The translations under genes and the position numbers were made by a program. Positions 11,945 through 24,606 of a stretch of DNA of 64,000 nt are shown piece by piece. The notes beneath the pieces were generated by a model, which was given only the letters and a program-made list of their open reading frames with translations, had not been told where the DNA came from and searched no databases. Source of the DNA: Lama guanicoe. Taxonomy: Eukaryota. The DNA is taken from contig MU054187.1 of assembly GCA_013239625.1 (NCBI GenBank), forward strand, positions 21,455,280-21,519,279, read 5' to 3'. The first letter of the stretch is position 1. The number at the start of each line of letters is the position of its first letter.

Positions 11945-12490
11945 TAAGGAGCATAAGGGAAGTATGCATGTACGCCTACGGTTCTATAAGGAAATAAATG
12001 AAAGAGCTGCTGATTCTGCCTGGCGGATAGGGAGTGAAAAGTCTGGATGACACTTAACCCGACTTTTAAACAAGCAGACATTCACTCAGCAGACAAAAGG
12101 GAAGAAGGGAATGCCAGGCAGAGAAAAGGTGTGGGGGCAGAGCCACAGAGATGAAAGAGAGCATCTCATGGTGAGAGCCAGGATAGTCCCCCAGGTGGAG
12201 AACGCGTAACTGGAAGGCTGTCAGCATCGCTCTGTGCCTGCCTATCAGATTAAGGAAATCTCGCTTTTATTCTCCAGGCAGCAAGGAGCCATCTGAATAG
12301 GATGAGTGACTGGAAATGGAGTGTAAGGATGAGTGAGAGTCACAGATAGGTCCAGCGTTTTCCGTTTAGGTGACTGGGGAAGTGATCACGTGATTCTGCA
12401 GAACAAATAGGAAAGGCATGATGAGCAGTGGGAGGGTCAGGTATGGGGTTGAGAGAAGGAAGCAAAAAGAAGTTATTTCAGTCTGGGATG
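11945..12490 (-). mobile_element. Degenerate L2 fragment
   Basis: Purine-rich antisense L2 phrases (gggaagaagggaatgccaggcagagaaa, ttttattctccaggcagcaaggagccat). Approximate ends. Confidence 0.55.
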
Positions 12491-13481
12491 TGAATTCACA
12501 GAGACAGACAATTCATTAAAACAGCATTTGCAATAAAAATGTCTCCCATTAGAGGCTATTTATAAATGAAACATAATTAATCATTTGTGAACATTCCGTA
12601 AATATTGGACCTTGTCCTAACGGTGAAGAGCAAATCCATTCTCTAGGAAGACTATTGTAACTTTCAATAAATTGCTGCTTCAAATGTGCTGTGTACATTA
12701 CACAGTGTCTATGGGGCTCTGAAATAATAATTCTCCTCCCCGAGGAAGTGTGTTTCCCAGCATGCCCAGTTCCAATTAATGATAAATAATTGCTAAATGA
12801 GAATAACTGTAAGATGGTTTCGCCTCTGCTTGTAAAGGAGGCAGACCTTTCCTCTCTGGTGTGAGTGAAACTGACAACCAGAGAACAAAGACACCGTTTA
12901 TCAGAGCTGAACAAACACAGGTTTTCACACCCAAAGGTAGCCTCCGGGTCGCTGGAAGCACAGCTCAGTAAGTCACATGAAACGTAAAGTTTCACCGCGC
13001 TCGTTGCATGGATTTTAATAGATATCATCCCCAAATGGGGTTTTATCGCTGTTACACAGATGCTTTTCATAGCAACCTTCCAACCCACAGAGATGACCGT
13101 GGGACTCAAGATTGCCACTGCAAGTACCTTGGAGGCACCTTGAAATTGTCACAGGGTAACCTGTAGTATTACCATTTTAAGATCCCCACAATTAGAGTGG
13201 ATAGCGTCCACGATCAGAAAACTTCCAGAGCGTGGGCCAAGCAAGGTGACTCTGCAGCAGAAGATCTGGGGTGATTTGTTAATCATTTGACCTACATGAG
13301 TTCTATTGTCATCCTCCATGGTGACTCTGACACACCATGGGAAAGGAGGACCCTCAGGTGACCCCAAATGCCCCATAGAACCTTGACAATGGAAGCAAAA
13401 GCAACAGAAGCTAATCTCAGCTAATGCTAAGTAGCAAAAATCAGTATGGAGGAAAAGCATCCTGGACACTTCCACTGCAAT

Positions 13482-14138
13482 TGCGACAGGAAGGAAGGGG
13501 GCAGGGCACCGCAATTAAAAGAATGACACCTCAACCAGCACTAAGATGGCAGGAAAGTCAACACCTAGTAGACCTTGAGGCCCGAGATGGCGGGAGATTT
13601 GACTTCCGGTAGACCCTGGGCTTCATTATACACTCATTGTAATACATTAGCATGCTAAGTGGCTCTCCCACAGGCCCCATGACAGTTCTGAGGCTGACCA
13701 CAAAAGGTCAAAAAGTGGGCAGTGGCCCCATTCCTGGGAATCCCAGCCCCTGCCCCAAAGTAGTTGGAATCATCTTCCCATTTGTTAGCATGTGAAGTTA
13801 CCAAGCCCATAGAAACTAACAACCCCCATACCTCGCGGCCACTCTCCCTTCTGAGTGAGACAGATTGCGCTCTGTCTATGGAGTGTGTATCTACTTTTAC
13901 TTTAAACTAAGCATCCAAACCCCACACCTTCTGCCCTTTCTCTTGCCTTTTGAGGTGGCCTACACTCTGTCTATAGAGTGTGTATCTCTCTGAATAAATC
14001 TACTTTTACTCAAGTGTGGCTCGCTCTTGAATTCCTTCCTGCACGAAGCCAAGGACCCCCACGTGGTGGGGCGCATCCCAGGGGCTCTACCTAGACCCGG
14101 GACACGGCCATCCTCTTGTCCCATATTTTCCTGTGTCA
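13482..14138 (+). mobile_element. Solo ERV1 (MER4-group-like) LTR, copy 2, sense to RALYL
   Basis: tgcgacaggaaggaagggggcagggcac...catattttcctgtgtca (TG...CA). Near-TSD caat/catt. AATAAA at 13993-13998. Confidence 0.9.
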
Positions 14139-15802
14139 CATTGGCTCACTCTGTTTGCTGAGGAATGCTTACTAATTAGCTACTGATTATTTTATTCATG
14201 TCTTCCTTTAGAATGCCACGGGCAGTACACATTCACTTTCAGAAGCTTAAGCCTTCCAGTATCAATGCTTCCCTTTGTACTGGTGAAGGCATCCGTTTCA
14301 CCTGCCTCGTCCGGTGAGCCTACTCAGAAAGCCATCTAGGAAGGGGCTCTGAGGTTCTCAAATAGACTGTGAGGAGGACAGGGAAACATTCCTACCCCTG
14401 TACCGATAAGGGCGTCCTATCCCGAAATGGACACAAGCGCAGCATTGACGAGCCTACAAGGTTCAGGCTGAAAGTCAGCTGTTGCTGGATCTGTGTCGCA
14501 ACTGCAATCTCTTTTTGGCTCCTGATTCAATCTTTCCTGGGTAACCAAATTACCATCGTGGAAAAGTGTAGTTGCCAATATCTGCTAGAGAAAATACACA
14601 CCAGACAGTGTCGACTTCTGAAACTCAAAGCTGAGCATCCATACGGCTGGGGAACTGGGGGCGAGCGCTCCTCAGCTCACACTGCCCAGCAAACATGAAG
14701 TGCTATTGAACCAGAAGAGATTCCAAACACTCGCTTTGTGGATGCTTTGAAATTGTGCCTATATTTGATGGAGAGAGTATTAGAAGGCCTGGATCCTAAC
14801 ATTGGCACAGCGTCGCCGATACTTTGAACTTGATCTCTTACCCCTTAGCTTTTGAAGCTGCATAAACGAAGAACAAAGGTTTCCTGAAAGATGATATGTT
14901 TAAGGAACCTGGAGCTGGTGTAGATGCTCTACAAATTTTAGTTATTCTCATTATTATGATTATCCAAAGAAAAAGGTCTATAATAAAGTATTTTAAGAAG
15001 TTATTTTAAATGAGCTTTGAGCTATGATCATGTTGCTAAGATGCACACAGTCAACTAAAACAGGTTAACATTTCCTATAAATGCTCAAAAAGAGATTTTT
15101 TAAAAAATTATGCTTGCATATACTATATCCTTCATATTTCAATACTAAGTGAATGTAATTTATAAACCTTTTAATTTAAACTGTTTAAAGAAATGCTGGC
15201 ACAATAGCCATTAAAACAGTTCTGCTGCAGGCAATTCTCTGCTAGGTTAAAGAATGGCCTATTTGCAGTCTTCTGTTATGTTTTTAATGCATAAACATCC
15301 ATGAATATCTTCTTGCATATAGAAAGAACAGGGTAATGGTACAAGGAGACTGGATGGTACAATTCCTTAATGCAGAGAATCCATCTCTAAGGCTCTTTAA
15401 AAGACTACAGTTCTGTGTGTTTGATTTGAGTTAATTTATGTTAAAATCAAAAGAAGTAAAACTATACAACCAATTTTAAGAAGAGGTAAATAATAAGAGC
15501 CAAGAACTAGGTGGGAGTTGGGAGTGGAGTGGGTGGATAGGATCAGGCATTTATACTTAGGAAATGTATGTAATACTAAGGTATTATAAGTGGGTACTGA
15601 ACTTAGCTATGAGTTTCCTAGCAGTCAAGGCAAAAAGGGGGCACATAATAATTTGTAACTAGCTATTAAAAGGGAGTAGGTCAATCTGTGATAAGAAACT
15701 ATTTTTTCCTTAACTCTGTCTTCTGAGAGAACTACTCATCACATGTGAAATCATCTAAACAGCATAGTAGTTGCCACCCTTGTAGCTGTTACACATTACA
15801 GG

Positions 15803-15848
15803 CACACACACACACACACACACACACCACACACACCACACACACACA
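15803..15848. repeat. Interrupted (CA)n microsatellite
   Basis: cacacacacacacacacacacacaccacacacaccacacacacaca read directly. Confidence 0.95.
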
Positions 15849-17029
15849 ATATTTTTAAACTAGTGGGAGTTTTCTTATCAAGTCTCTCAATAAAACCAAG
15901 GATAAACTGCAGTAGAATAAGCCACACAGTCTTCCTTTCGGCATCTCCCAAAGCAACTTATCATCCTGTGATAAACTGCATAAAACTCAGAAAAGAATGA
16001 TGCTCCAAGACGGCTAGACCTACAGAGCAGCCGTGGTTCAAATCGCCCACAGAGCTGCATGCTGGGAAGAGACAGAAAGCAAGACTGGGCTGACCTCTTA
16101 GTTTGCTTCTCTATCCAGCCCCAGAGACTGGAAGAAAAAAGACCGTGCTTGGATGTTTATGGCCTTTCACACAGGGACCTCTTGACCTGTAATTGAATAC
16201 TCCTCCTCTGGGAAGGGGAGAAATGGAAAAGGAATGATAAATCTAGCGTGGAAGAGAAGGGACTGAAATTGCACCTCATCCTCACAGGCGGCAGGTGCAG
16301 ATGAAGACACACAACTCTTTTCTTCTAGCTGGTCATTTTATTGTACTTTAGAAGCTGCAGCCTCTCATGAAATCGTTGCTTTCTTTCATTTGTGAAAACA
16401 GGGTTTTCTGTTGAGCCAAAGCCTCTCATCAGCAGGACTCAGGTATTAGAGCCCGTTTGTTAAATGATCTTTGTGTCTCACTCTGTGTTTGTTTTTCATG
16501 CTTTGCGCGATGGGGTATTAAAGTTTGAGCACCGATAGTAACACTGCTAGTCCCCACCAGAGCGTAGGAAGAAGGTGGTCATCTCACATCTCTGGTGTGC
16601 CACTGGGGAAGTGCTCCCTGCCTGGGAGAAAGATGCTTGCTGGATTTTATTTTCCAAAGGCAATGCCTTTGCTTGGTCACAAGATGTAGTGTCTTCACTG
16701 GCAGTGCTGATTTCATTTGCTTTCATCCTTTTATCTTTTTGATCATTACAGGAACCTGTTGTTCTAGGACAGCCCTAGGTAGAGAATTTAGGGCCTTGAG
16801 CTTCCAATCTAAACTGGTTGTGTTTATTCTTGAAGAGTTAGTTCATTCCTTTTTTGCCCAGAAGGGCTCATATCTCTTCCATCTTCTCAACCTACACATT
16901 AGATTAAAAATTCCAGGACACGTTGTCCATGCAACAAGACTACATGGAAGGGAGTGTCTAAGGTCCTATTTTTAAACAAATCAAAGACTAAAGGATTTTT
17001 TACTGTGGGAGTGATACCCTCTTTACACT

Positions 17030-17707
17030 GTTTTTCATAGAATTAAACATAAAAGCTTCTCCAAATCCAGAATTCCTCTTCACAAAGGTAGTAGAGAAAG
17101 AATACACTTTTGTTATTGAATAAACATTAATCCAGAATGTGATACTCATCACAGGTGATCCACTAAGAGACTGAAAAGACAGACATCTCACCCTTTTATA
17201 GAGTAAAGCAGATATAATCCATTTCATACATGTTCTCAAGATGCACTGTAACTATTCCTGATGTCAGAGGCCTCGACAGCCCCATTTGTCATGCATAGTT
17301 CAGTATAAATTCACCTGGTAATTAGGGTGACCATCTGTGTTAACTAATTGGCAGCCGGGTAAAGCTTTATCCAAAAGAAAATTACCCTTCTCATATCTTT
17401 ATGTCAGCTAGTAGTTTTGCACCTTGGAACACCTCCCACAGACAGGGGGTGCTGTCTCCCTTGAGTTTACGTTTCAGAGAGATGGCTCCTGGGTCCTAGA
17501 AAGAAGACAAGCCTATGTCATAAAGGCCTATCTAATCTTCAAAAGGGCTTACGTACATTTCAAAGATGGAGGAAAGTCCTTACAAGTACAAACGTTCTAA
17601 AGTAAATGCTCAAAGGAAAAAGAGGGGAGAGATCTCTCTTCGCTTATTTCCAAGAGGAAGTTCTAAGTTCTAAGTTCTTAAGTTTTGTCTCAATTTTTTG
17701 AAGTACA
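17030..17707 (-). mobile_element. Ancient eutherian ERV1 LTR, MER67C-like
   Basis: cttctccaaatccagaattcctcttcacaaaggtagtagagaaagaa...cacccttttata...ttcagagagatggctcctgggtcct... matches the recalled MER67 consensus. Confidence 0.7.
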
Positions 17708-18204
17708 ACTGAGAGTGATATTTAAGGACTGGCTCGCATAAGACAGACGGAAAACTCCTTTTTATCCCCATCCCCAGAGGTTAACCTTTGTACCACCTCA
17801 CTGACTTCTCCTCTGAAGCACCAGGGCTTATCCTATAATATTCCCATCACACATGGAAGGATGCTTTGTGACCAGACTGCCTGCTTACCTTCTAGCAACT
17901 GGAAAAAAAATTAGACGAAAAGTGTCATGATGTAGAAGAATGTCTGAGCCATGCCATACAAAATGGGGAGAGGGGAAGATAAACTGAATATGTAATATAG
18001 ATGGACATGACTGGCTTGGTGAGAAACCAAATAGTTCTTTTTCCCCTGTCATCTTGTCTCACCTTTACAGTGTGAATAGTTTTTTAAACCACATTTTATA
18101 AAATTAACAAATTCTATGTTTATAAAAATATCTTTTCTCCTGCTTCATTACAGTTTCAAAATATCCCAAATTACAAGCAGAGAAAATGCTGAGTTATCAA
18201 AAGA

Positions 18205-18406
18205 CTTTTTTTTGACATTTTTTATTGATTTATAATCATTTTACAATGTTGTGTCAAATTCCAGTGTTCAGCACAATTTTTCAGTCATTCATGGACATAT
18301 ACACACTCATTGTCACATTTTTTCTCTGTGATTTATCATAACATTTTGTGTATATTTCCCTGTGCTATACAGTGTAATCTTGTTTATCTATTCTACAATT
18401 TTTGAA
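18205..18406 (-). mobile_element. Young lineage-specific L1 3' UTR fragment, antisense
   Basis: Poly-T, then tttattgatttataatcattttacaatgttgtgtcaaattccagtgt...tccctgtgctatacag. 42 nt are identical to 58381-58422. Confidence 0.85.
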
Positions 18407-19939
18407 GTTTTAACTCTGAGCAAGTTCTGCACAATAAAAAAGTGACATTGGTCAGTTTGTTAGCTTTGGTCGGCTTTAAATATATTAATTAGAAAACAGT
18501 CTGCCATTTTCTTGTAAAAATTAGATAAACTATTTGGTGTCTTTGCAAGAATAATTCTTCTGACTGAGTTAAATTCTAAAAGCAAAAATGTGTCTTTTTT
18601 TGCCGTCTAGACAGATGACGACAAAAAAGGCAAAATGGTCTCACTAGATTTGCAGTCAGCCATGTATGATGAATGCTTCACACAAAAGTTCGTTCTTTTG
18701 GAAATTAGCTCTATTAAACTTTAGAAATTCTTTTCTAGTGGAATGCTACACATGATTGACCATTCACCCTTATTGGTTTTGTTAAGCATCCGAATACTCG
18801 GAATACTAAGGACACTTCCTCCTAGTTCAAGCACTGACGTCTATTTCATGTATGTTCACCGTATGGTGAAATCAAAGGACGAGGAGCTTGTTTTGAGTTA
18901 ACGCACATTACACTGCAAAGGAAACTGAGCTGTCGTATAGTTTGCACTTTAGTATTTGTTTGAAATATCTCCTCTCTGACAAAATCTAAGCTTATGTGTC
19001 AGAATCACTCTGTCGTAAAAGGATGTCAGAGGTCGTTAGAAGGAGCACTGAATTGGACGTCAGGGAACCTTCAGCCACATCCTGTCTCTGCTACCACCTG
19101 CCTAGCCAACGAGGTGATTATAAGCAATCTCACCGCTCCTAAATCCTGTTTAACACAAAGGAATCAAGCTAAACCATTTCTTAGTTTATTCCTACTTCTA
19201 ATGTTCTGGGATTCAACTATTTACTATCTAATCCAGAGACTAAAGTGAGGCGTACATGTTTCATTATCAAGTTTATGCCTTTCTTCCTCCAAACTCCATC
19301 CAGTATCTTAAAATATTCGTATCTTTTGACTAAGTAGTTCCATTTCTGGAAGTATGTCTAAGTAAATAATTTCAAATATTTAAAAATGCAAACAAGTATG
19401 AAATTATTCCCAAGATGTTCTTTGCATTTATATTTATAATACTGAGTAATCTGGACCAACCACATTTTATGCAATATTGAGTATGAGACATGTCACAAGG
19501 TGTTCAGATTACAGGAGAAGATGAAATTGCGAGTAAAGAAAAAAGCCAAATTATACAACAACATATATAATGGCATCTAATTGTATCAACAGCATATATT
19601 ACAGAAGCAGAAAACCGAAACGATTTAACAGATGAAGCAAACATATGCAGAGGGAAAAAACAGAGATCAAAATATTGCCTGTGATTTTCTTTGGACAGTG
19701 AGAAAATGGACAATATTTCTATTGCAACTTTAGTACCTAATGCAAATTTTCTTTCATGAGAATTTTATAACCAAAAGAGAGAGAGCGAGAGAGATTTAAA
19801 AAGCAGATGTTTCCAGTGGTGGCTGATAAACATCACACAAAAGCAGTCACATAGGCAAGAATGAGGGCTCTTTGCGCTTGGTGTCATGCAAAACAGGCTA
19901 GAAAGATACAGCCCTTCATCTTTAGAACTAGACTCTTCC

Positions 19940-20450
19940 CGCCACCGCGGTTATTAGAAAAGGTAATTTTCTAAAAGGGCAACTTCATTCGCATGTGCCT
20001 CACAGTTCAGCGCAGGCCAGCAGCCCCGTGTGGAGAAGCCGCCGCCGGCAGGGCGCCCCGCGGGATGCGGAGCTCAGCGCGCAGAGGGCAGCGGCCGGCG
20101 CAGGGCGCGGTGGGGCGCCGCTGAAGCCATCTCATCTTCAAAAACAAAAAAGTCAAAATTTATGAGCCCTTAAGCGGTGCAATAAAATAAGTCATCAGGA
20201 ATGCAGGGGGATGGCGGTTCTTCTGACTACAGATTAGTGAGCCGGGGATAAGACAATGGTGCCAGCCTGACAGTCACCGTCCCCGCGTGTTTAGCAGCTC
20301 AGCCACTTCGCTGCTGCTGCTGCTGCTGCTGCTGCCATAACGGGCGCCGCGCAGTGAGCTGCCAGCACTTCTGACAAAATGATACACCAGCTAAATAACC
20401 GAGTTTGAAAAGGAAACAAAAGGATGACCCACCAAACACAGGTAATCGTG
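19940..20450. promoter_or_regulatory. Intronic CpG-rich element (candidate enhancer or internal promoter)
   Basis: About 18 CpGs in 20011-20120 in an AT-rich background, a second GC patch at 20270-20360, and a cag|gtaatc donor at 20442. Confidence 0.45.
20311..20334 (+). repeat. (CTG)8 trinucleotide repeat
   Basis: Eight perfect CTG units read directly. Confidence 0.97.
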
Positions 20451-21199
20451 TGTGAAATAGCATTTGGAGTTGGATTGCGTAGCAATTGCTACGGGTACTT
20501 CAAGTCCTATTCTTAACTAAAACTATCCACAACATGGGGGAAGACATTAACATGGTATCGTGAGAATTCTAGAAGAACTTGAGTAGAATTGTAACTTCTG
20601 ATTTCTTGATTTGCTGAAAACTTTTTTCTCATTTTTTTTCCTTTACTCTTTATTCCCTAAACTCAATATAGCAAATCTCATGTTTGGAGGGTTGAGAAAA
20701 GAAATACCATATAACCAATATTGGAAAATATGAACTAAATTGAGTGTAAAAAGGTAGAAACATGGGCATAAAAAAAAAACCCGAAAGATGTTACGAAGGA
20801 AATAAGTAATACCAGGCATCCATTTTGACTGAAAACATCAAACATTTAAAAAAATATATAATGCTGAAGAAATAAAAACCAAAACAGAAGAGTTTTATGT
20901 TAGGTGCAGAATAATGTACACAGGCAGTTATCAGACAGACATTCCATATTCAGTCTGGCCGGACAGAACTGCTATCCAGTGGCCCAATTATGAGTGCCGG
21001 CCATAGACCCAGATCAGAACAAAGCCCCAGTCCTGAGATATTGACTGAGAAAGGCTGGGAGGGCAACTGGGCAACCAGTCAGCTGACCTTCTTGAGGGGT
21101 CTCCTAATCAGAACTTATTAGGAGCCAAGACAGAAACCGAATGGTAGAGACAAGTCAAACTGAGAGGAGGGGCATAGACCTCACCTCTTGATGGGTGGA

Positions 21200-21770
21200 G
21201 GGAAGGACGTGATGATGGCCAGACTGTCTACCACAGAGGTCCCCAAGGTTTTTGCACTGAGCATCTGGACATACGAAGTTGCAATCAAGTGAGATGAGGA
21301 ATACCTCACAGCAGAGGGTGAAGGAAGCCAAGGTAGGCGGTGGAGACTAGGAGTGTAGTTTTTGGACATACTGAAGTTGAGATATCTGTTAGACACCCAA
21401 GTAAAGACGTCAAGGAGACAGCTGAATATGCAGTCTGGAGTTCAGGGAGCGGTCCGGACCGGGTATCCACATCTGTGAGTCATACTGATGCAGACTGTAC
21501 CCAAAGCCATGAGACTGGATGTGAACAAACACCAGAGGAACAACTAAAGACAGAAAAGAGATGAATTCCAAGGACTGGGCTCTAGAACCCTTGCAGTCAA
21601 GAACTAGCAAAGGTGACTCAAAAGACACAGCTAGTGAAGTTACACTAAGTGTTGTGAAACCTAGTGAAGAAAATGTTTTCGTGAAGACGTAATCAAAGTT
21701 CACGTTAACTAGTAATTCACTGTTGGACTTCGCATTGTAGAGATGGTTGGCGTCTTTAACAAGACTGTAC
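21200..21770 (-). mobile_element. L2 fragment
   Basis: ttttggacatactgaagttgagatatctgttagacacccaagtaaagacgtcaaggagacagctgaatatgcagtctggagttcagggag is the antisense L2 core. Confidence 0.8.
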
Positions 21771-23599
21771 GCATCAGGTCTGGGGTCCTGGCTAGATCCT
21801 ACACAGTTCACTCAGGGAGCAGCCCAGGAGGGGCTGGAAGCTGGAATTATAAACCCATGCTCTTGTAGGAGGACAGTCACAGCTGTAGAGTTAGAAGGAC
21901 ACTGACACGAATTCCTGCACTAAAATGCAGCCTAGTTAGTCAGGTGGAACTTCCAGCACAATCCAGGAGGAGGTAACATTGAGTCACCCGGGCAGACAAT
22001 TGGCATCACACAATTTTGTCAGCATGTGATAGTGGAGGTCATTCAATTCGGACATTAGGAGCCAGAATTTTTTTTTTTTTTGTAAACCAGAAAGGTGGAG
22101 AGCTGGGCTGAGAGGGCCTGAGGTTACCAAGACAGGGAATCAGGCAAGAGATTATCTGCCAGACAAGCCTGTCACTGGGAAGAGCGGAAACGTGGTTAAG
22201 CAACACATACACAGAAATGAGCTGTTCCCAAACCTGTATCAGACATTAGCTACAATTTAGGCTGAGTGAGTTACAATGCTTTACTAAGAGAGGGCAGAGA
22301 AGAAAGTGAGGTTTCACCTGGGACCCAGAACAGGGGTGAGAACGTGGGGCGCAGGTGAGGAGTGTGGACTGGAGGTGGCGGGGGAGGCACGTGAGGACGA
22401 AAGTCAACTGCTCATGTCAACCTATGGGGGTGGCCCCGCAAGTACGTATGCTGCGTCATTTAGCAGCATTCACACTCTGTACAACTCACCGTGACTGGCC
22501 ATCAAAAGCCCGCACCGAAATGTATTGGCTCTGACATCTTCATTTAAAATGGAGGGGAAAAGATAAACGGCATTAGTATTCTGCAAAGAGCAGGACTGAG
22601 GATTGAGATGTGAAGCCGGATAACTCTGTGACTGATTGATTACCTGCTTCCCCAGCCTGCGCTCTTGGCAGATGTACAGTTTCTCTGTAGGATTTAACAG
22701 CTATTAGCAAGTAACTAAATAAGACAATGGAAAGAGACAGCTGAGCAGCCACTTGCTCGTTTTTCTTAAATTTACTTCCCTTCGCTACGTAGGTTTGGAA
22801 CTGAGATGAGCAGATCTTCCCACGTGAAAATAATTGAGTTTGAAAGTTTCTCCCTTCAGAAAATCACTTTTTTTTCTTATTTTCATGGAAATACTCAGAG
22901 CTGTGTGCCTTCCGTTGCAATATGAGGTGTGATGGGGTTGATTCTGGAATCATTGCAGAGCAAGGCTGAGATCCTATCCTCTGCTTTGGCCAAAAAGTGA
23001 CTGCCCTTCCTCTAGCACTGCTCCCAGGGCTGAGAAAGTGCTTCAAGTCTCCCAGGAGAACCCACCAGTGGTTAAGGGTCTTTCTTGCCAGGGCGTTCCT
23101 CTTTATACTTCACCTCTGCTCCTCTTGTCGCAGCTAAGCCTCCTGGTAGAGTTATGAAAAAACATTACAGCCTGTCCAAGGGAGATGAGCCCTGCAGCCT
23201 TAATTTCCAAGGTGGCAAAAGTCATGACTGTGACAGTCACAACCGCCACTGAGACTCTTGGTTGATACCACGGCCACCTATTAACTTGTCCCTGGAGTGA
23301 GCAGCACAGATGGTGGTAACTGCAAATGCAACGTACCAAGGAGCCTGACCACAGCCCTAAGCAGGGATTCCAACTGGGCGTGAAGACCCTTGAAAAAGGT
23401 ATCACAGGAAATAAAGGGGAAAGCTTTTTTTTTTTTTAACTCCAGAGAAATGGAATTCACTGTAGGCAAAGTCCACCATAGGAGTGAAGGAGGAGCTTGG
23501 CGCTGCTCAGCTTTGAGAACTCCGTGCTCCTCTAATGACCGATGAAGAACACATAAGAAAATGGTGGAAATACACTATCATTTTAAGAACTCAAGGTCT

Positions 23600-23790
23600 T
23601 AATCAGGTTGCCTGATTTATCACCCTGCTGTATGACTTTCTAGCTTACAGATATCGGGGTAATTACCGAATCTTTCACAGACTCAGTTTCCTGTGTATAA
23701 AATGGAGATGATAATACCAACTTCACAGGGAGGTTATGAGGATTAAATGCCTTCAAATGCTAAAATAGTATGTCAGATTCAGGATGTTGG
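23600..23790 (+). mobile_element. MIR
   Basis: ctcagtttcctgtgtataaaatggagatgataataccaacttcacagggaggttatgaggattaaatg. Confidence 0.8.
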
Positions 23791-24319
23791 CCATTATCAC
23801 ATATGAGGCATTGGGTTTACATTATTATTTGTACACACTGGGATATGTCTAGAAATCTAAGAGCCACTGCACACGTTTCTTTTTGTAAGTTTTAGCAAAG
23901 TTCTGTGCCTTCTATTAGCACACAGTTGGTAAATACATATTTGGACACTGCTCTTCTCCTTTCCCTTCCTATTTCTGTGGCGGACGTAGGTTAATTACAG
24001 CGCTTTTACACCCCGAGACCTAAGGAGGTTTTAGAATGTTCGTCAATATGTTGTTCCCCGCGGCCACCATCAATTAGTCCAATGCTGATGTGAAAATTAA
24101 AACTCCTTTGACCTCCCAGATTCAGAGCATACAAGATCTTAAGGAAATGATTGGTTCCCACTCTCAGCCACCTCAGAGTCTCCCATCAGTCTCACCAGAG
24201 TCTGCTTTGCCACAAATTTCCCAACGTGGTTGACAGGACAGCGGGAAAAGGCTACATGCAGGATAATCCACGTACAGCTGTCAGAGCAGGGCACCCCTGT
24301 AGGGAGCCACACCTGGAAA

Positions 24320-24560
24320 AGCGCCACGGTTGGCCCGAGAACACTCTGAGCGCGGCCCGTGATCAGCAGGCAGCGACGTCACAAAGTGTTGCTCCACCAA
24401 AGATACGGAACGAGGGCAGATGCGCGGAGGAGGCTGGCGCATGCGCAAGCAGTGCGCCTGCCCGCCGGGCACCGAGGAGGTGGTCCTTCCTAACCAGCCT
24501 CTTGCCTCGCTCCCACCGCGAGAGCTCCTAGGCGCCTGGGCCCGGGCGGCCGGCACAGAA
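24320..24560. promoter_or_regulatory. CpG-rich promoter-like element with NRF1, CRE-like and ETS motifs
   Basis: GCGCATGCGC palindrome at 24437-24446, a second NRF1-like tgcgcctgcc at 24453-24462, CGACGTCA at 24374-24381, CGGAA at 24406-24410, and dense CpG. Confidence 0.55.
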
Positions 24561-24580
24561 GGCTGGGCTGCCTTTGCTTC

Positions 24581-24606
24581 TGTTTTGTTTTGTTTTGTTT
24601 TGTTTT
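24581..24606 (+). repeat. (TGTTT)5 simple repeat / U-rich tract
   Basis: Read directly. It ends just before cattag. Confidence 0.95.

Noticed and set aside
12549..13118. 189-aa minus-strand ORF between the inverted LTRs, as a possible retroviral or cargo gene
   Set aside because: No gag, pol or env motifs. The LTRs are inverted with separate TSDs, so this is not proviral internal sequence.
11332..14138. Single provirus or TIR DNA transposon
   Set aside because: A provirus needs direct LTRs. Each arm has its own TSD, the arms have diverged, and the spacer contains host L2.
20424..20441. MTHQTQ resembling the RALYL N-terminus MTGKTQ
   Set aside because: Six residues only, and the wrong phase for the downstream exons. 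Treated as coincidence.
20291..20485. Minus-strand poly-Ala ORF (MAAAAAAAAAKWLSC)
   Set aside because: It is a translation of the CTG repeat and stops after 15 codons from the ATG.
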